This document shows positions 52,602 to 63,185 of a stretch of 64,000 nt of DNA, in pieces (position 1 is the stretch's first letter; each line of letters starts with the position of its first letter). Under the pieces are notes generated by a model that was not told the origin of the DNA, searched no databases, and saw only the letters and a program-made list of their open reading frames with translations. Source of the stretch: an uncultured Dehalococcoidia bacterium (GTDB lineage Bacteria > Chloroflexota > Dehalococcoidia > Lucifugimonadales > UBA3495); the NCBI GenBank assembly GCA_950072105.1, contig CATMOE010000012.1:1-64000 (forward strand), in the 5' to 3' direction. A program made the translations under genes and the position numbers.

Positions 52602-55127
52602 CTAGATCGTCGCATGTCTCAGGCGTAGCGAGTTAGTCACGACGGTGACGGAACTGAATGCCATCGCCAGAGCGGCCAAAACCGGGTTCAGGAACCCTAG
52701 TTCTCCAAAGAAGAACTCCAGCCCTCCTGGAACTCCCCCCAAGGCGCCGAATACCGGGTAAAGGACTCCAGCCGCTACCGGGATCAGCAGAATATTGTAT
52801 ATAAAGGCCCAGAACAGGTTTTGCTTGATCGTACGGATCGTGGCCCTGCTCAGGTTTATCGCGCCGATAACGCCGGCCACGTCAGATCGCATCAGGGTTA
52901 TGTCCGCCGACTCCATGGCAACGTCGGTTCCAGCGCCCATCGCTATCCCCACGTCGGCTTGGACCAGGGCGGGGGCATCGTTGATGCCGTCGCCCACCAT
53001 GGCAACCACTTTACCCCGGGACTGCAGACGCCGCACCACGTCGACTTTATCCTTAGGGAGCACCTCGGCTTCAACATTGTCTATGCCGAGTTGATCGGCG
53101 ATCGCTTGGGCAGTTTGCGCGTTGTCGCCGGTTAGCATCACCACTTCCAGCCCCATCCCCAGCAACTGGGCCACTGTTTCCCGCGAGGTATCTTTCAGTG
53201 TGTCCGCTACCGCAATTACGCCCATGGCTTTGACGCCGGCGGCCAGGAACATAGGAGTTTTTCCCTGGGCGGCCAACCCTTGAGCCCGGTCCACCAGGCC
53301 GTCTAGGGCGATGCCGTTAGCTTCCATCAAAGCCTGGTTGCCCAAGCGCACGATATCGCCGTTGAGTTGGGCCTGTACGCCCAGTCCGGGCAGTGCCTCA
53401 AATCCGCCGGCGGTATCAAGTTCAAGGCCCCGGAACCTGGCTTCATGAACGATGGCCTCTCCCAACGGATGTTCGGATCCCCGCTCAACGCCTGCCGCCA
53501 ATCGCAACACCTCGTCTTCAGAAACCCCTGAAGAAATCAGATCGGTGACTACCGGTTTGCCGGTGGTCAGGGTACCCGTTTTGTCCAGCACCACCACGTT
53601 GACCCGGTGGGTGATCTCCAATGCCTGGGCGCTGCGGATCAGCACTCCCTGCTCCGCCCCTTTTCCGGTGCCGACGATGATGGCCGTGGGCGTCGCCAAT
53701 CCCAGGGCGCAAGGGCACGCGATGATTAGGATGGCCACGAATACCAGAACCGCGAAGGTAAGGGACGGTTCCGGCCCCAACAATATCCAGAACAGGAATG
53801 CCGCCAGGGCTATTCCGATCACCGCCGGGACAAAGTAGGCCGCCACCTGATCGGCCAGCCTCTGAATGGGGGCCTTTGACCCTTGGGCGTCCTCCACCAA
53901 CTGAATTATCTGGGCCAGCACGGTGTCCTTGCCAACTTTGGTGGCGCGGAACTGGAAGGTCCCAAATTTGTTGATCGTCGCGCCGAACACCAGCTTTCCG
54001 GGTTCCTTGTCCACCGGCATACTTTCGCCGGTCAGCATGGACTCGTCCACGGTGGAGACACCCTCAGTCACTTCGCCGTCAACCGGTATCTTCTCGCCCG
54101 GCCGCACCGAGATTATGTCTCCCACCTCCACGGTTTCCACCGGCACGTCGATTTCCTGTCCGTCCCGAATCACACGGGCGGTGTTGGGGCGCAGACCGAT
54201 CAGCCGCCGGATAGCTTCCGAAGTGCTGCCTCGGGCGCGGGTTTCCAGGTAGCGTCCCAAAAGAATCAGGGCGATGATGATAGCGGCTGTGTCGAAGTAG
54301 ACGTCTCTTCCGATGCCGCGTTGGGCCAGAAACTCGGGGGCCAGCGCGCCAAGCAATACCACGGCGGCGCTAAACAGATAGGCGGTGGTGGTGCCGATGG
54401 CGATCAAAGTGTGCATATTGGCCGTGCCGTGGCGTAGCGCGCCAAACCCAGCAATATAAAAGCTCCAGCCGGCCCAGAATTGCACCGGGGTTGCCACGGC
54501 CCAGAGCAGGAAGGGATAGAAGCCGCGGTCCATCAACGGCGGAACCCATGGGAACGGGCTGAACGCGCCCAGTAACAGAAGTATTCCTCCGGCGGCGGCC
54601 AGTAAGAGCCTCCGGCGTAACGCCTGTATCTCTTTGACCTTGGACAGACGCTCCAATTCCTCTTTGGCGTCCAGCGTCCCTTCGCCGGTTCCGGTCACCT
54701 GATAACCAGCCTTGGTTACCGCCTGACGGAATCCATCCGTGTCCACGGCGCCCGCCGTATAGTCTATAGTCGCCTTTTCCGTGGCCAGATTTACGGTGGC
54801 TTCAACCACGCCGGAAACGCCCTTCAAAGCGTTCTCAACGTGAAATACACAGGCGGCGCAGGTCATGCCGCCGATGTTGAGAGTGGTTTTAGTGGTGGGT
54901 ATCTTGTAGCCCGCATCCGCCACTGCTTGGCGGAGATCGTCTACCGGAACATCTCCGGCTCCGAACTCGAATGAAGCTTTCTCAGTGCCCAGGTTAACCG
55001 AGACCTCGGATACTCCCGGCACTCCCTGCAATGCTTTCTCAACATGTGATACACAAGAAGCGCAGGTCATCCCTTCTATGGGTAGGGTTATTCGTTTGTC
55101 TTGCTTTAAGGTTTCTTTGGTAGCCAT
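52602..55127 (-). CDS. copA: Cu(I)-translocating P1B-1 ATPase
   Basis: Two GMTCxxC domains, TGES, CPC, DKTGT, HP, YN and MAFSS motifs. Confidence 0.96.
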   Translation of the reverse strand: MATKETLKQDKRITLPIEGMTCASCVSHVEKALQGVPGVSEVSVNLGTEKASFEFGAGDVPVDDLRQAVADAGYKIPTTKTTLNIGGMTCAACVFHVENALKGVSGVVEATVNLATEKATIDYTAGAVDTDGFRQAVTKAGYQVTGTGEGTLDAKEELERLSKVKEIQALRRRLLLAAAGGILLLLGAFSPFPWVPPLMDRGFYPFLLWAVATPVQFWAGWSFYIAGFGALRHGTANMHTLIAIGTTTAYLFSAAVVLLGALAPEFLAQRGIGRDVYFDTAAIIIALILLGRYLETRARGSTSEAIRRLIGLRPNTARVIRDGQEIDVPVETVEVGDIISVRPGEKIPVDGEVTEGVSTVDESMLTGESMPVDKEPGKLVFGATINKFGTFQFRATKVGKDTVLAQIIQLVEDAQGSKAPIQRLADQVAAYFVPAVIGIALAAFLFWILLGPEPSLTFAVLVFVAILIIACPCALGLATPTAIIVGTGKGAEQGVLIRSAQALEITHRVNVVVLDKTGTLTTGKPVVTDLISSGVSEDEVLRLAAGVERGSEHPLGEAIVHEARFRGLELDTAGGFEALPGLGVQAQLNGDIVRLGNQALMEANGIALDGLVDRAQGLAAQGKTPMFLAAGVKAMGVIAVADTLKDTSRETVAQLLGMGLEVVMLTGDNAQTAQAIADQLGIDNVEAEVLPKDKVDVVRRLQSRGKVVAMVGDGINDAPALVQADVGIAMGAGTDVAMESADITLMRSDVAGVIGAINLSRATIRTIKQNLFWAFIYNILLIPVAAGVLYPVFGALGGVPGGLEFFFGELGFLNPVLAALAMAFSSVTVVTNSLRLRHATI

Positions 55128-55179
55128 TGTTCTATTTTCCTATGCTAAATAACGGGCGGTCTAGCCATACCCTGCCGCT

Positions 55180-55476
55180 CTAAGCGCCCTCAACCATCAC
55201 CAATTTGGAATTGGCGCTGCTGAAGCGCTTGTCCATGACCGGGCGGTAATCGTCAGATCCGTACCAGGCCTTTAACCTCTCCATGCTCTCAAATTCTATA
55301 ATCACGATCCGTCCAGGAGACCAGTCACCTTCAACCGTCTCCGAAGGGCCACCGCGCACGATGTACTTTCCTCCAAATTTATCCACCAACGGACCCACCA
55401 ACTGGCGGTACTCCTCGAATCCCGCCGGGTCCGTTACTTCGATATCCGCGATTAAATAAGCTGCCAATTCCTTCAC
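55180..55476 (-). CDS. DUF1330 family protein
   Basis: FGGKYIVRGG...EGDW...IVIIEF...WYGSDDY motifs. Confidence 0.88.
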   Translation of the reverse strand: MKELAAYLIADIEVTDPAGFEEYRQLVGPLVDKFGGKYIVRGGPSETVEGDWSPGRIVIIEFESMERLKAWYGSDDYRPVMDKRFSSANSKLVMVEGA

Positions 55477-55500
55477 CTCGGTGTTTTAATAGGGCCGTGA

Positions 55501-55764
55501 TTACCGGTTCGCCAGAAGATACAGGTCCGTCAGCTCGCCGACGACCTCGTCTTCGCGGCCTTCTTTGATTCCTGCCACTACGCAGGTTTGCAGGTGCCCT
55601 TCCAGCAGGATGCTTTCCATCTTTTCTATTGCCCGCCTGACCGCGTAGGTCTGCTTGAGCACGTCAACGCAGTACTTGTCCTCTTCCAGCATCTTGCGAA
55701 TGCCGGACAGGTGTCCTTCGATATAGCTCAACCGCTTCAATGCATCGACTTTGGCTTCAGGCAA
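55501..55764 (-). CDS. csoR: Copper-sensing repressor CsoR
   Basis: RLSYIEGH...YCVDVL...HLQTC (Cys, His-x3-Cys ligands); upstream of copA. Confidence 0.9.
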   Translation of the reverse strand: MPEAKVDALKRLSYIEGHLSGIRKMLEEDKYCVDVLKQTYAVRRAIEKMESILLEGHLQTCVVAGIKEGREDEVVGELTDLYLLANR

Positions 55765-55793
55765 GTTCCCCTCGATATAATCCGACTAACCCA

Positions 55794-55808
55794 TACCCCC
55801 TGGAGGTG
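55794..55808. promoter_or_regulatory. Candidate CsoR operator
   Basis: TACCCCC-T-GGAGGTG C/G-tract pseudo-palindrome, 30 bp upstream of csoR. Confidence 0.6.
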
Positions 55809-55857
55809 GGTCTACAACAATCATACGTTCACCACGACCTCTGGTCAACCGGAGGGT

Positions 55858-55886
55858 TTGACAGCCTACCCGCTGTTGCTTATGTT
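55858..55886 (+). promoter_or_regulatory. Candidate sigma70 promoter for the Gfo/Idh/MocA gene
   Basis: TTGACA-17 bp-TATGTT. Confidence 0.55.
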
Positions 55887-55931
55887 AAGCACCGGCCGAT
55901 CTATACTCGATATATCTTTGGGAGGTGCGCC

Positions 55932-56972
55932 GTGCCGTTGGGTTGGGCTATTATCAGCACCGGACAACACCCTGACCTCAAGATTGCTCCGGCCATCGCC
56001 GCTGCCGATGACCAGGAGCTTGTCGCCGTATACAGCCGTGACCGGGGCCGGGCGCAAGCCTTCGCCGAGAAGCACGGCGCCGTGTCGGCTTACGACTCTC
56101 TGGACGACTTGCTGAAAGACTCCAGGGTGGACGCGGCGTTTATCGCTTCTCCCAACGCGTTGCACAGCCAGCATGCCCTGCAGGCGGCCGCCGCTGGAAA
56201 GCACGTGCTGTCGGAAAAGCCCATGACAACAACCCTTGAGGACGCCGTTGCCATGGTACGAGGCTGCCGGGACTACGGCGTCAAGCTGGGCACGGGGTAT
56301 CACCTCCGGACCCATCCCGGGCACACTATGGCCCAGCGTCTGATTGCCGAGGGCGCTTTGGGCCACGTAGCGATGGCTCAAGCCCAGTGGGGCTTCGGCG
56401 TCCGTGGCACGGGCGGACCGCCGCCGCGCACCGGGCTCCGGCAATGGTGGGACGATCCGGAATTGATCGGCGGCGCTTCAACAATGATGGGCACCGGCGT
56501 ACATGCAGTGGATCTGCTGCGGTTTCTCCTGGGAGAGGAGATAACCCACATCGCCGCCCTTACCGACGGCCAGACCTCCCAGCGTCCTTTGGAACAGGTC
56601 GCCGCCATGACCTTGCGATTCGAAAGCGGGACCGTGGCCACGATGTGTTGCGGGCGGCTGCTCCCCGACTCACGCAACGACTTCGCGATATACGGCAGCG
56701 ACGGTCGCATCACTGGCCGGGCCACCCTTTGGGAAGCGCGCCAGGGCCGGGTGGAGGTTGTCTCCGAGACCGTGAACCAGACAGAGGTCTACCCCAACCA
56801 ATACTTGGGCAACTTCATCGCCGAGCTTGAAGACTTCCACCAGGCCATCCAAGAGGACCGGGAGCCGGTGGCTACTGGAATGGACGGCTTACGAGTTGTC
56901 CAAGTGACCCTAGCGATGATTCAATCAGCCAGGGAAGGCCGCACGGTCAAGATCGAGCCGGTGGAAGTTTAG
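55932..56972 (+). CDS. Gfo/Idh/MocA family oxidoreductase
   Basis: SPNALH, GKHVLSEKP and GVHAVD motifs; GGAGGT RBS before GTG. Confidence 0.92.
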   Translation: MPLGWAIISTGQHPDLKIAPAIAAADDQELVAVYSRDRGRAQAFAEKHGAVSAYDSLDDLLKDSRVDAAFIASPNALHSQHALQAAAAGKHVLSEKPMTTTLEDAVAMVRGCRDYGVKLGTGYHLRTHPGHTMAQRLIAEGALGHVAMAQAQWGFGVRGTGGPPPRTGLRQWWDDPELIGGASTMMGTGVHAVDLLRFLLGEEITHIAALTDGQTSQRPLEQVAAMTLRFESGTVATMCCGRLLPDSRNDFAIYGSDGRITGRATLWEARQGRVEVVSETVNQTEVYPNQYLGNFIAELEDFHQAIQEDREPVATGMDGLRVVQVTLAMIQSAREGRTVKIEPVEV

Positions 56973-56977
56973 GACGC

Positions 56978-58513
56978 TCAGCCGCGTCGGCCGGACCGGC
57001 CCACGGCCAACAGGAACATGACGCTTTTCCCCTCGGCGTGGGGCGAGAAAAACTCGGTCACCTCGTCGTCGAAAAATGTCAGCCCGGTTGCGCCAAGTCT
57101 TTGGGCGTAGGCGGCCAAGTACAGCCGTCCCGCCGTGATGCTGGCCTCCATCTGGGCCATCCGGTAACCCCGGTTGCCGTACCGTTCCAGCACGGCGTTC
57201 AAGTCTGTCAAGGAGTAAACGTTGACGCTGGCGTCGGCGGACAGTTCCTGTCCCAAGTCCAACCGGCCCGCTTGGTCCCGGAAATCCCCTTCCTCAAGCT
57301 GTTCCAACGCCCCCAGGTCCCTGCGGTAGACGTAGTTGCCGGATGGAAGGTCCTCCACATCGTTAGCGATCAGGTAAAGCCGGTTCAGCGTGGCGTCCGC
57401 GTCTCCAAGGAAATCAGCGGGCACGGGATGGGCCGCCCGGTCCAGCATGATGGAGAGTTGCTGGAATGTAATGGGTGAGCGCCGGAATCGGCGGCTGGAG
57501 CCCCGCCGCAGGATCACGTCCTCGATCGTTTCCTGGGGTAACTCCTCTGCCGGTGGGCAGGACAGAGGAAAAAGCCGTCCCTGGGGCTCATACACGACAA
57601 GGGACGGAGGCTTTCCCCACAGTTCACGGGCCTCTTGGGGCAAATCCAATGAGGACGCGGCGTGGGCTTCGGCGATGGCCGCGTACTCCACCTCCCGGCG
57701 GGAATACGGCTCCACCTCCAGTCCGAGGGACGAAACCGGGGGAGCCGGGGCAATAGTCTGCTCCGGCGTCTCTCCCACCGGAACAAGTTGCAATGCGACT
57801 TCTTTCCGGTCGTCCAGGTCCAGCAATCTGTTCACCGGCTCGTCAACGAAGGAAGCGACTACTTTGATCGGGAGCTTATAGCCACGACCCGTGGAAAGCA
57901 GGTTGGCCAGAACGGTACCGCTGTCCCAGTAGGAGTGCCGGTAAGCCCGCGCCTGGTACTTCCAGGCGTTGCGCCAGAACACCGACGTCAAGACTAACAC
58001 TGCCGGAGCCTGGGCCACCGACGGTTCCCCGCCCGCCGCCTCCACCAGCAGTCCCCGATAGTCGCCCTCACGCAAACGGCGCAGGGCGAAATCTTGGGGA
58101 CCGAAATGGTACACCCCTGCGGACAAGCCGGGCATGTCTCCGCAGACCAGGTACAGCTCTATGTGATAAAGAGCGCCGGTGCAGGCCGCCGCCCGGAAAT
58201 ACATCTTTCCGCCGGGAAACTCTCTGACCTTGGTGATGCCGGCGGCATGATGCATCAGCCCAGCCAATTCCAGGAGAGTCGGCGCCCGGTGTTCGTGAGA
58301 GGGCGCGGACCCCAGACAATCCAACGCGAGCGTCCCGCTAGGTTCCAACCCGGACGGCAGAGTCACGGCTTCCAGGTCACGGTAAATCTTGAACGGACGG
58401 GGTTGGTTATCGAAGTCCATGTGATGGGAGTTGTTATGGACGCTCCGCTCCGTGTGGTTGGTAGCAGTGTGATACTTCCAGGCGGCGGCTATGTCACGGT
58501 TCCGGTTGGTCAT
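56978..58513 (-). CDS. SagB/ThcOx-like tandem nitroreductase-domain dehydrogenase
   Basis: RAAACTGALY, WKYQARAYR..YWDSG, second domain RRGSSRRF and GNRGYR. Confidence 0.88.
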   Translation of the reverse strand: MTNRNRDIAAAWKYHTATNHTERSVHNNSHHMDFDNQPRPFKIYRDLEAVTLPSGLEPSGTLALDCLGSAPSHEHRAPTLLELAGLMHHAAGITKVREFPGGKMYFRAAACTGALYHIELYLVCGDMPGLSAGVYHFGPQDFALRRLREGDYRGLLVEAAGGEPSVAQAPAVLVLTSVFWRNAWKYQARAYRHSYWDSGTVLANLLSTGRGYKLPIKVVASFVDEPVNRLLDLDDRKEVALQLVPVGETPEQTIAPAPPVSSLGLEVEPYSRREVEYAAIAEAHAASSLDLPQEARELWGKPPSLVVYEPQGRLFPLSCPPAEELPQETIEDVILRRGSSRRFRRSPITFQQLSIMLDRAAHPVPADFLGDADATLNRLYLIANDVEDLPSGNYVYRRDLGALEQLEEGDFRDQAGRLDLGQELSADASVNVYSLTDLNAVLERYGNRGYRMAQMEASITAGRLYLAAYAQRLGATGLTFFDDEVTEFFSPHAEGKSVMFLLAVGRSGRRG

Positions 58514-58625
58514 GGCCGATCCGGTTGCCTCCAGTACCCGAATAAGAACGATTAAGCGCCCCGATGCGATCGGGGCGCTTAATACTGGCATAACTCAAGG
58601 ATTGGGCGCTAATCCCGCCCTTCGG

Positions 58626-58898
58626 TCAACCCCCGCCTCCGATGGCCGGCAGGAAGTGGACCTCACTGTTCTCATTGACCCTCTCCATCAGGCCCAATTG
58701 GCTGGCATCGCCATCTACGACTGCCGCGACCCCGGGCAGGAGTTCGTCCTCCTCCGCGTCGTACAGCCTCGCCTTGGTTCCCGGATAGAGCAGTTCCAGG
58801 TTATTTATGATCTGCCGCACCGTCGACCCTTCTACCTGGATCACCTGGTTTCCCCCGGTCAGCCCCTGCATCAGTGTCGGGATCCATACTTCTGGCAT
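58626..58898 (-). CDS. MoaD/ThiS family sulfur carrier
   Basis: Ubiquitin-like size; C-terminus PAIGGGG. Confidence 0.88.
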   Translation of the reverse strand: MPEVWIPTLMQGLTGGNQVIQVEGSTVRQIINNLELLYPGTKARLYDAEEDELLPGVAAVVDGDASQLGLMERVNENSEVHFLPAIGGGG

Positions 58899-58904
58899 AG
58901 CCGT

Positions 58905-61229
58905 CTAGCTACCGTTGTCCTTTTTCCACATGGCTTCGAGAACAGCTCCCGGCGACATGGGAAGCTCGTTCACCCGTACCCCCACCGCATGGTAAATCGC
59001 GTTGGACACTGCAGCCAGCGGGGGGACTATGGGTACTTCGCCGGTTCCCCGCACGCCGAAGGGGTGGGCCGGGTTGGGGACCTCCACGATGACGGTGTCT
59101 ATCATCGGCAGGTCCAGGGCCGTGGGCATCCGGTAGTCTAAGAAGGTCGCATTGGCCATGTGGCCCTGGTCGTTGAAGAAATACTCTTCGTTCAGCGCCC
59201 AGCCGATCCCTTGGACCGCCCCACCCTGTATCTGTCCTTCCACGTAGCCCGGATGGATGGCCTTACCCGCGTCTTGAACGGCTGTGTAGCGTAGGATCTC
59301 GACCTTGCCTGTCTCTGGGTCTACTTCCACATCGACGATGTGGGTCGCCAAGCAAGGGCCCGCTCCTCCGGGGTTCACGCCGGCCCGGCCCGTGATGGGT
59401 CCGCCGGTGGCGTTCTGACGGGCCGCCAACTGCCGGAAGGTCAACTTCAACTCGGTGTCCGACTTGTGCTGCAAAACCCCGTCGGTGTACTCAACGTCTT
59501 CCTCAGGGATGTCCCAGATCTTGGCCGCCCGCCGAATCATCTGGCGCTTTACATCCTGGCCGGCCTCGTAAACTGCCCAACCTGACTTGAACGTGGCGCC
59601 ACTGCCTCCACTGTTGGAGGTAAATCCGATGGACTCAGTGTCTCCCACCGTAGGCTTGATCTCCTCGGCTGGGATTCCCAGCACCTCGGCCAACTGCTGG
59701 GCGAAGGCCACTCGGGTGCCGCTGAGGTCGGCGGATCCCTCAACTAAGCTGACAGTGCCGTCGGTGTTAACCATGGCCATGGCGCTGGCGGGACCGGTCC
59801 CGTTGCCCCAGAACCCGCTGGCCACGCCCCGGCCCCGGTACGGTCCCTCTAGGGGAGTCCCGTAGTGAGGATGGTCCTTGGCCGCTTGCACGGTTTCCAC
59901 CAAGCCTACCTTAGGCATCAGCGGACCGGTGGCCCGGCGGGTGCCCTCCTTGGCGCTATTCAGCAGGCGGAACTCCAGAGGGTCCATGCCCAGTTTTTCG
60001 CAAAGCTCATCAATGGCAGTTTCCATGGCGAAGGCGGCCGCTGGAGCCCCGGGCGCCCGGTAGGCGGCCGATTTTGGATGGTTCACCAGCACGTCCGAGC
60101 CTTCCAGGTAGGTGTTGGGAATGTCGTAGGGACCCATGATGCAGTTGCAACCGCCCGGCACGGGGGAACCGGGGAAAGCGCCCGATTCATAGATCAGGTG
60201 GGCTTCACCGGCCACCAGTTTCCCATTGTTGGTTGCTCCCACTTTTATCTTGATGTTGGTGGCGGAGGTAGGCCCACTGGCTTCAAAGACCTCAGTCCGG
60301 CTCATGGTCACTTTAACCGGACGGCCGGCTTTGCCAGCTAGCAGCGCGGCCACGGGCTCAGAGTAGAGTATCCCCTTGGCGCCGAACCCGCCACCGATCT
60401 CCATAGGTATAACCTTGATCTTGGAGACCGGCATGTTCAATAGACGGGAAAGCAGATCCCGCGCGTTGAAGTGGCCTTGGGTGCTGGACCAGACGGTTAA
60501 GCTGCCGTCTGGTTGCCACATGGCGGTGCCGGTGTGAGGCTCGATATAGCCCTGGTGTACCGCCGCGGTGTTGGTCTCCTTTTCCACGATGACGTCGGCT
60601 TCCTGAAACCCTTTCTCCACGTCTCCAACCCGGAACTCGAAGTGGTTGGCCACGTTGGAACCCATGGCTGTGTCTTCGTCAGACTTGTAGCCGCCGGCTC
60701 GCAGGCCAGGGTCGGACAGAGTCTCCAACCGCTCGTGCAGCAGAGGCGCGCCTTCCTTCATCGCTTCTCTGAAGTTATGTACCGGAGTCAAGACTTCGTA
60801 GTCAACGTCGATCAGAGCCAAGGCTTCCTCGGCTTGATGAGGGTTGGCGGCCGCCACGGCAGCCACGGCATGTCCCTTGTACAGCACCTTCCCATAGGCC
60901 AGGATGTTGTTGCTCATAAAGCGGAGATTGTGGATGGAGCCTTCCGCCAGATCCTCTACCTTGCCCGTGGGCTGCTCCCAGTCGGCGGAGGTGACCACAG
61001 CGTGGACTCCCGGCGCTGCCTCGGCCTTGCTGGTATCGATCGACTTGATCCGCGCGTGGGCGTGGGGACTGCGCAATATCTTCCCGTGCAAAAGCCCTGG
61101 AAGAATTATGTCCGCGCCATATTTCGCCTGCCCGGTTACCTTATCGGCCCCGTCGTGGCGGATCGGCCTGGTGCCCACCACTTTGTAATCCCCGGTGGCT
61201 AGAACGATATTCGGCTTATAATCAAGCAT
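58905..61229 (-). CDS. Xanthine dehydrogenase/CoxL family molybdopterin-binding large subunit
   Basis: KVTGQAKY, RSPHAHARI, GGGFGAK, AYRAPG, EGQIQGG and GTGEVP motifs. Confidence 0.93.
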   Translation of the reverse strand: MLDYKPNIVLATGDYKVVGTRPIRHDGADKVTGQAKYGADIILPGLLHGKILRSPHAHARIKSIDTSKAEAAPGVHAVVTSADWEQPTGKVEDLAEGSIHNLRFMSNNILAYGKVLYKGHAVAAVAAANPHQAEEALALIDVDYEVLTPVHNFREAMKEGAPLLHERLETLSDPGLRAGGYKSDEDTAMGSNVANHFEFRVGDVEKGFQEADVIVEKETNTAAVHQGYIEPHTGTAMWQPDGSLTVWSSTQGHFNARDLLSRLLNMPVSKIKVIPMEIGGGFGAKGILYSEPVAALLAGKAGRPVKVTMSRTEVFEASGPTSATNIKIKVGATNNGKLVAGEAHLIYESGAFPGSPVPGGCNCIMGPYDIPNTYLEGSDVLVNHPKSAAYRAPGAPAAAFAMETAIDELCEKLGMDPLEFRLLNSAKEGTRRATGPLMPKVGLVETVQAAKDHPHYGTPLEGPYRGRGVASGFWGNGTGPASAMAMVNTDGTVSLVEGSADLSGTRVAFAQQLAEVLGIPAEEIKPTVGDTESIGFTSNSGGSGATFKSGWAVYEAGQDVKRQMIRRAAKIWDIPEEDVEYTDGVLQHKSDTELKLTFRQLAARQNATGGPITGRAGVNPGGAGPCLATHIVDVEVDPETGKVEILRYTAVQDAGKAIHPGYVEGQIQGGAVQGIGWALNEEYFFNDQGHMANATFLDYRMPTALDLPMIDTVIVEVPNPAHPFGVRGTGEVPIVPPLAAVSNAIYHAVGVRVNELPMSPGAVLEAMWKKDNGS

Positions 61230-61512
61230 GCTTTGCCTCCGCGCAAATAGTCAACTTTTAACTTGGTGACGCCTGGCCATATATTATCATAAACAGGCCT
61301 ATAAGCCAGACGTTATTTGCGGCTAGAAGTCCGTTGAATCGCGTTTCAAGACGGTCGACCGCCCAGTCTCAAAGACAAGAAATTTCGCCGCGTCGGTCAC
61401 TGGAAATTAGCAGGTGATATACTGCTCGCCAGAAACGGTCCACGGGGCCGCGTCTAGGGCTCAAATCCTACGGAATTCGCTCAACCAAACTCAGTTTTTA
61501 GGAAATATCTGA

Positions 61513-61722
61513 ATGAAAATACCTTCTATTTTCAGGCCTCAAACACTAGCAGCCGGAGTCGTGCTAGCCGGAGTCCTGCTCACACCACTGCTCAGCCATG
61601 GGTGCTCGGTTAGAGGCTCCAGCCCGGAATCCGGACAGATAGCGTCTTCGTCCGTCACTCCTCAGTCCGGCCTACTCCTGGTCGCCGGCACTCTTGACGC
61701 TGGTCCCGTCCTTCCGGCATAA
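61513..61722 (+). CDS. Small hypothetical exported/membrane peptide
   Basis: AGGA RBS, signal-like hydrophobic N-terminus, Cys31, S-rich tail; 69 aa. Confidence 0.35.
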   Translation: MKIPSIFRPQTLAAGVVLAGVLLTPLLSHGCSVRGSSPESGQIASSSVTPQSGLLLVAGTLDAGPVLPA

Positions 61723-61777
61723 GGGCTCCGATAAATCCGCGCGCGCGTGCAAAACCTCAACCCGCCGGAGGGACTAT

Positions 61778-63169
61778 ATGTTCATCGAAACCGTCAAGAT
61801 CCAAAGTCTGTCCAACAACTCTTACGTGGTCGGCTCAGAACATTCGGGGCAGTGCGCGGTCATCGACCCGGCGCGGGACATCGATCAATACACGAACATC
61901 GCCTCTAGTCATGGCGTCCGCATCGTCTACGCCCTGGAAACCCACCTGCACAACGATTTTATCTCCGGCGCCCGTGAATTAGCGGCCCAGACCGGGTGCC
62001 AAGTAGGCTCCAGCGCATCCGGCGGCCTGCTTTATCCCTCGGTCCGCCTGCAAGACGACGACACGTTCGACCTGGGGGAGTTCCGACTGCGCATCCTTCA
62101 CACCCCCGGCCATACGCCGGAGTCCATCTCGTTCATGGTGGAAGAGCAGGGGGAAATTAGAGCGGTTTTCACCGGAGGCGCCTTGATGCTGGGTGGCGCT
62201 GCCCGAGTGGACCTGTTGGGGAGCCGGGTCGCTCCTTACCTGGCGCGATGGCTTCACCAAACGATCCACGGAAAGTTGCTCAAACTTCCGGACTTGGTTC
62301 AGATCTACCCTACCCACGGCGGCGGCTCCTTCTGCTCCGCGGCTGGCCCGGGCGGCGGTGAGATCCCTACGTCCATCGGCGAAGAACGGGAACACAATCC
62401 CTTTGCAGCCCACACCGAGGAAGAAGACTTCGTAAAGTTCGCCCTCACCGGCCTGGGGTCTTACCCCAGTTACTACCGTTACATGGCCGACATCAACCGC
62501 CGCGGCCCCGACGTTTTGGGAGGTGTGCCACGGCTGGCGTCCCTGACCCCTCTATCGGCGCGAAGCCAGTTGGACGAAAACACGATTCTGGTTGACGCAC
62601 GGCCTCAAAGTATATTCAACGAAGAGCATGTGCCCGGGTCCTTCGCCGTACCATTTGGCGATAATTTTTCTACCTGGGTCGGTTGGATCGTGCCCTGGGG
62701 CCAACCTCTGATTCTGCTCTCACCCGACTCGTCCCATCACGACGCCATGGTTCGCCAGCTGATCCGCATCGGCTACGACCGGCTGAACGGATATCTAGCC
62801 GGCGGAATGGACGGATGGAAGACATCCGGGTTGCCGGTTGAAGCCGCAGACGGTATCGACGTGGACACGCTGAAAGAGTTATGGGGCCAGACCCCGGGCC
62901 CCATGATCCTGGACGTGCGCCAACGCAACGAATACCACGCCGGCCATATACAGGGCGCTCTGAACATCGAACTAGGGGAGTTGCAGGAGCATCTGGACGG
63001 TTTACCCAGAGAAATCCCCGTGATAACCGTATGCGCATCCGGGATGCGCGCCAGTGTGGCGGGCAGTATCTTGCAGCGTGACGGACGGGAAAACGTACAG
63101 GTGGTAGGCGTAGGGGGGACTCAGGACTGGATAGACCGGGGTTTCCCGGTGACCACCGGGGACGAGTAG
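61778..63169 (+). CDS. MBL-fold persulfide dioxygenase-like + two rhodanese domains (CstB/Blh-like)
   Basis: ETHLHND, HTPGHT and PTHGGGSFC motifs; Cys-less middle rhodanese; C-terminal CASGMRA. Confidence 0.88.
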   Translation: MFIETVKIQSLSNNSYVVGSEHSGQCAVIDPARDIDQYTNIASSHGVRIVYALETHLHNDFISGARELAAQTGCQVGSSASGGLLYPSVRLQDDDTFDLGEFRLRILHTPGHTPESISFMVEEQGEIRAVFTGGALMLGGAARVDLLGSRVAPYLARWLHQTIHGKLLKLPDLVQIYPTHGGGSFCSAAGPGGGEIPTSIGEEREHNPFAAHTEEEDFVKFALTGLGSYPSYYRYMADINRRGPDVLGGVPRLASLTPLSARSQLDENTILVDARPQSIFNEEHVPGSFAVPFGDNFSTWVGWIVPWGQPLILLSPDSSHHDAMVRQLIRIGYDRLNGYLAGGMDGWKTSGLPVEAADGIDVDTLKELWGQTPGPMILDVRQRNEYHAGHIQGALNIELGELQEHLDGLPREIPVITVCASGMRASVAGSILQRDGRENVQVVGVGGTQDWIDRGFPVTTGDE

Positions 63170-63185
63170 GCCGGCGCCCACTACG

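Noticed and set aside
56978..58513. Thiazole/oxazole RiPP biosynthetic cluster
   Set aside because: No YcaO, E1-like protein, transporter or convincing precursor nearby; orphan SagB-like genes are common.
58905..61229. Aerobic CO dehydrogenase CoxL
   Set aside because: The active-site loop is AYRAPG, not AYxCSFR or AYRGAGR, and no coxS/coxM is adjacent.
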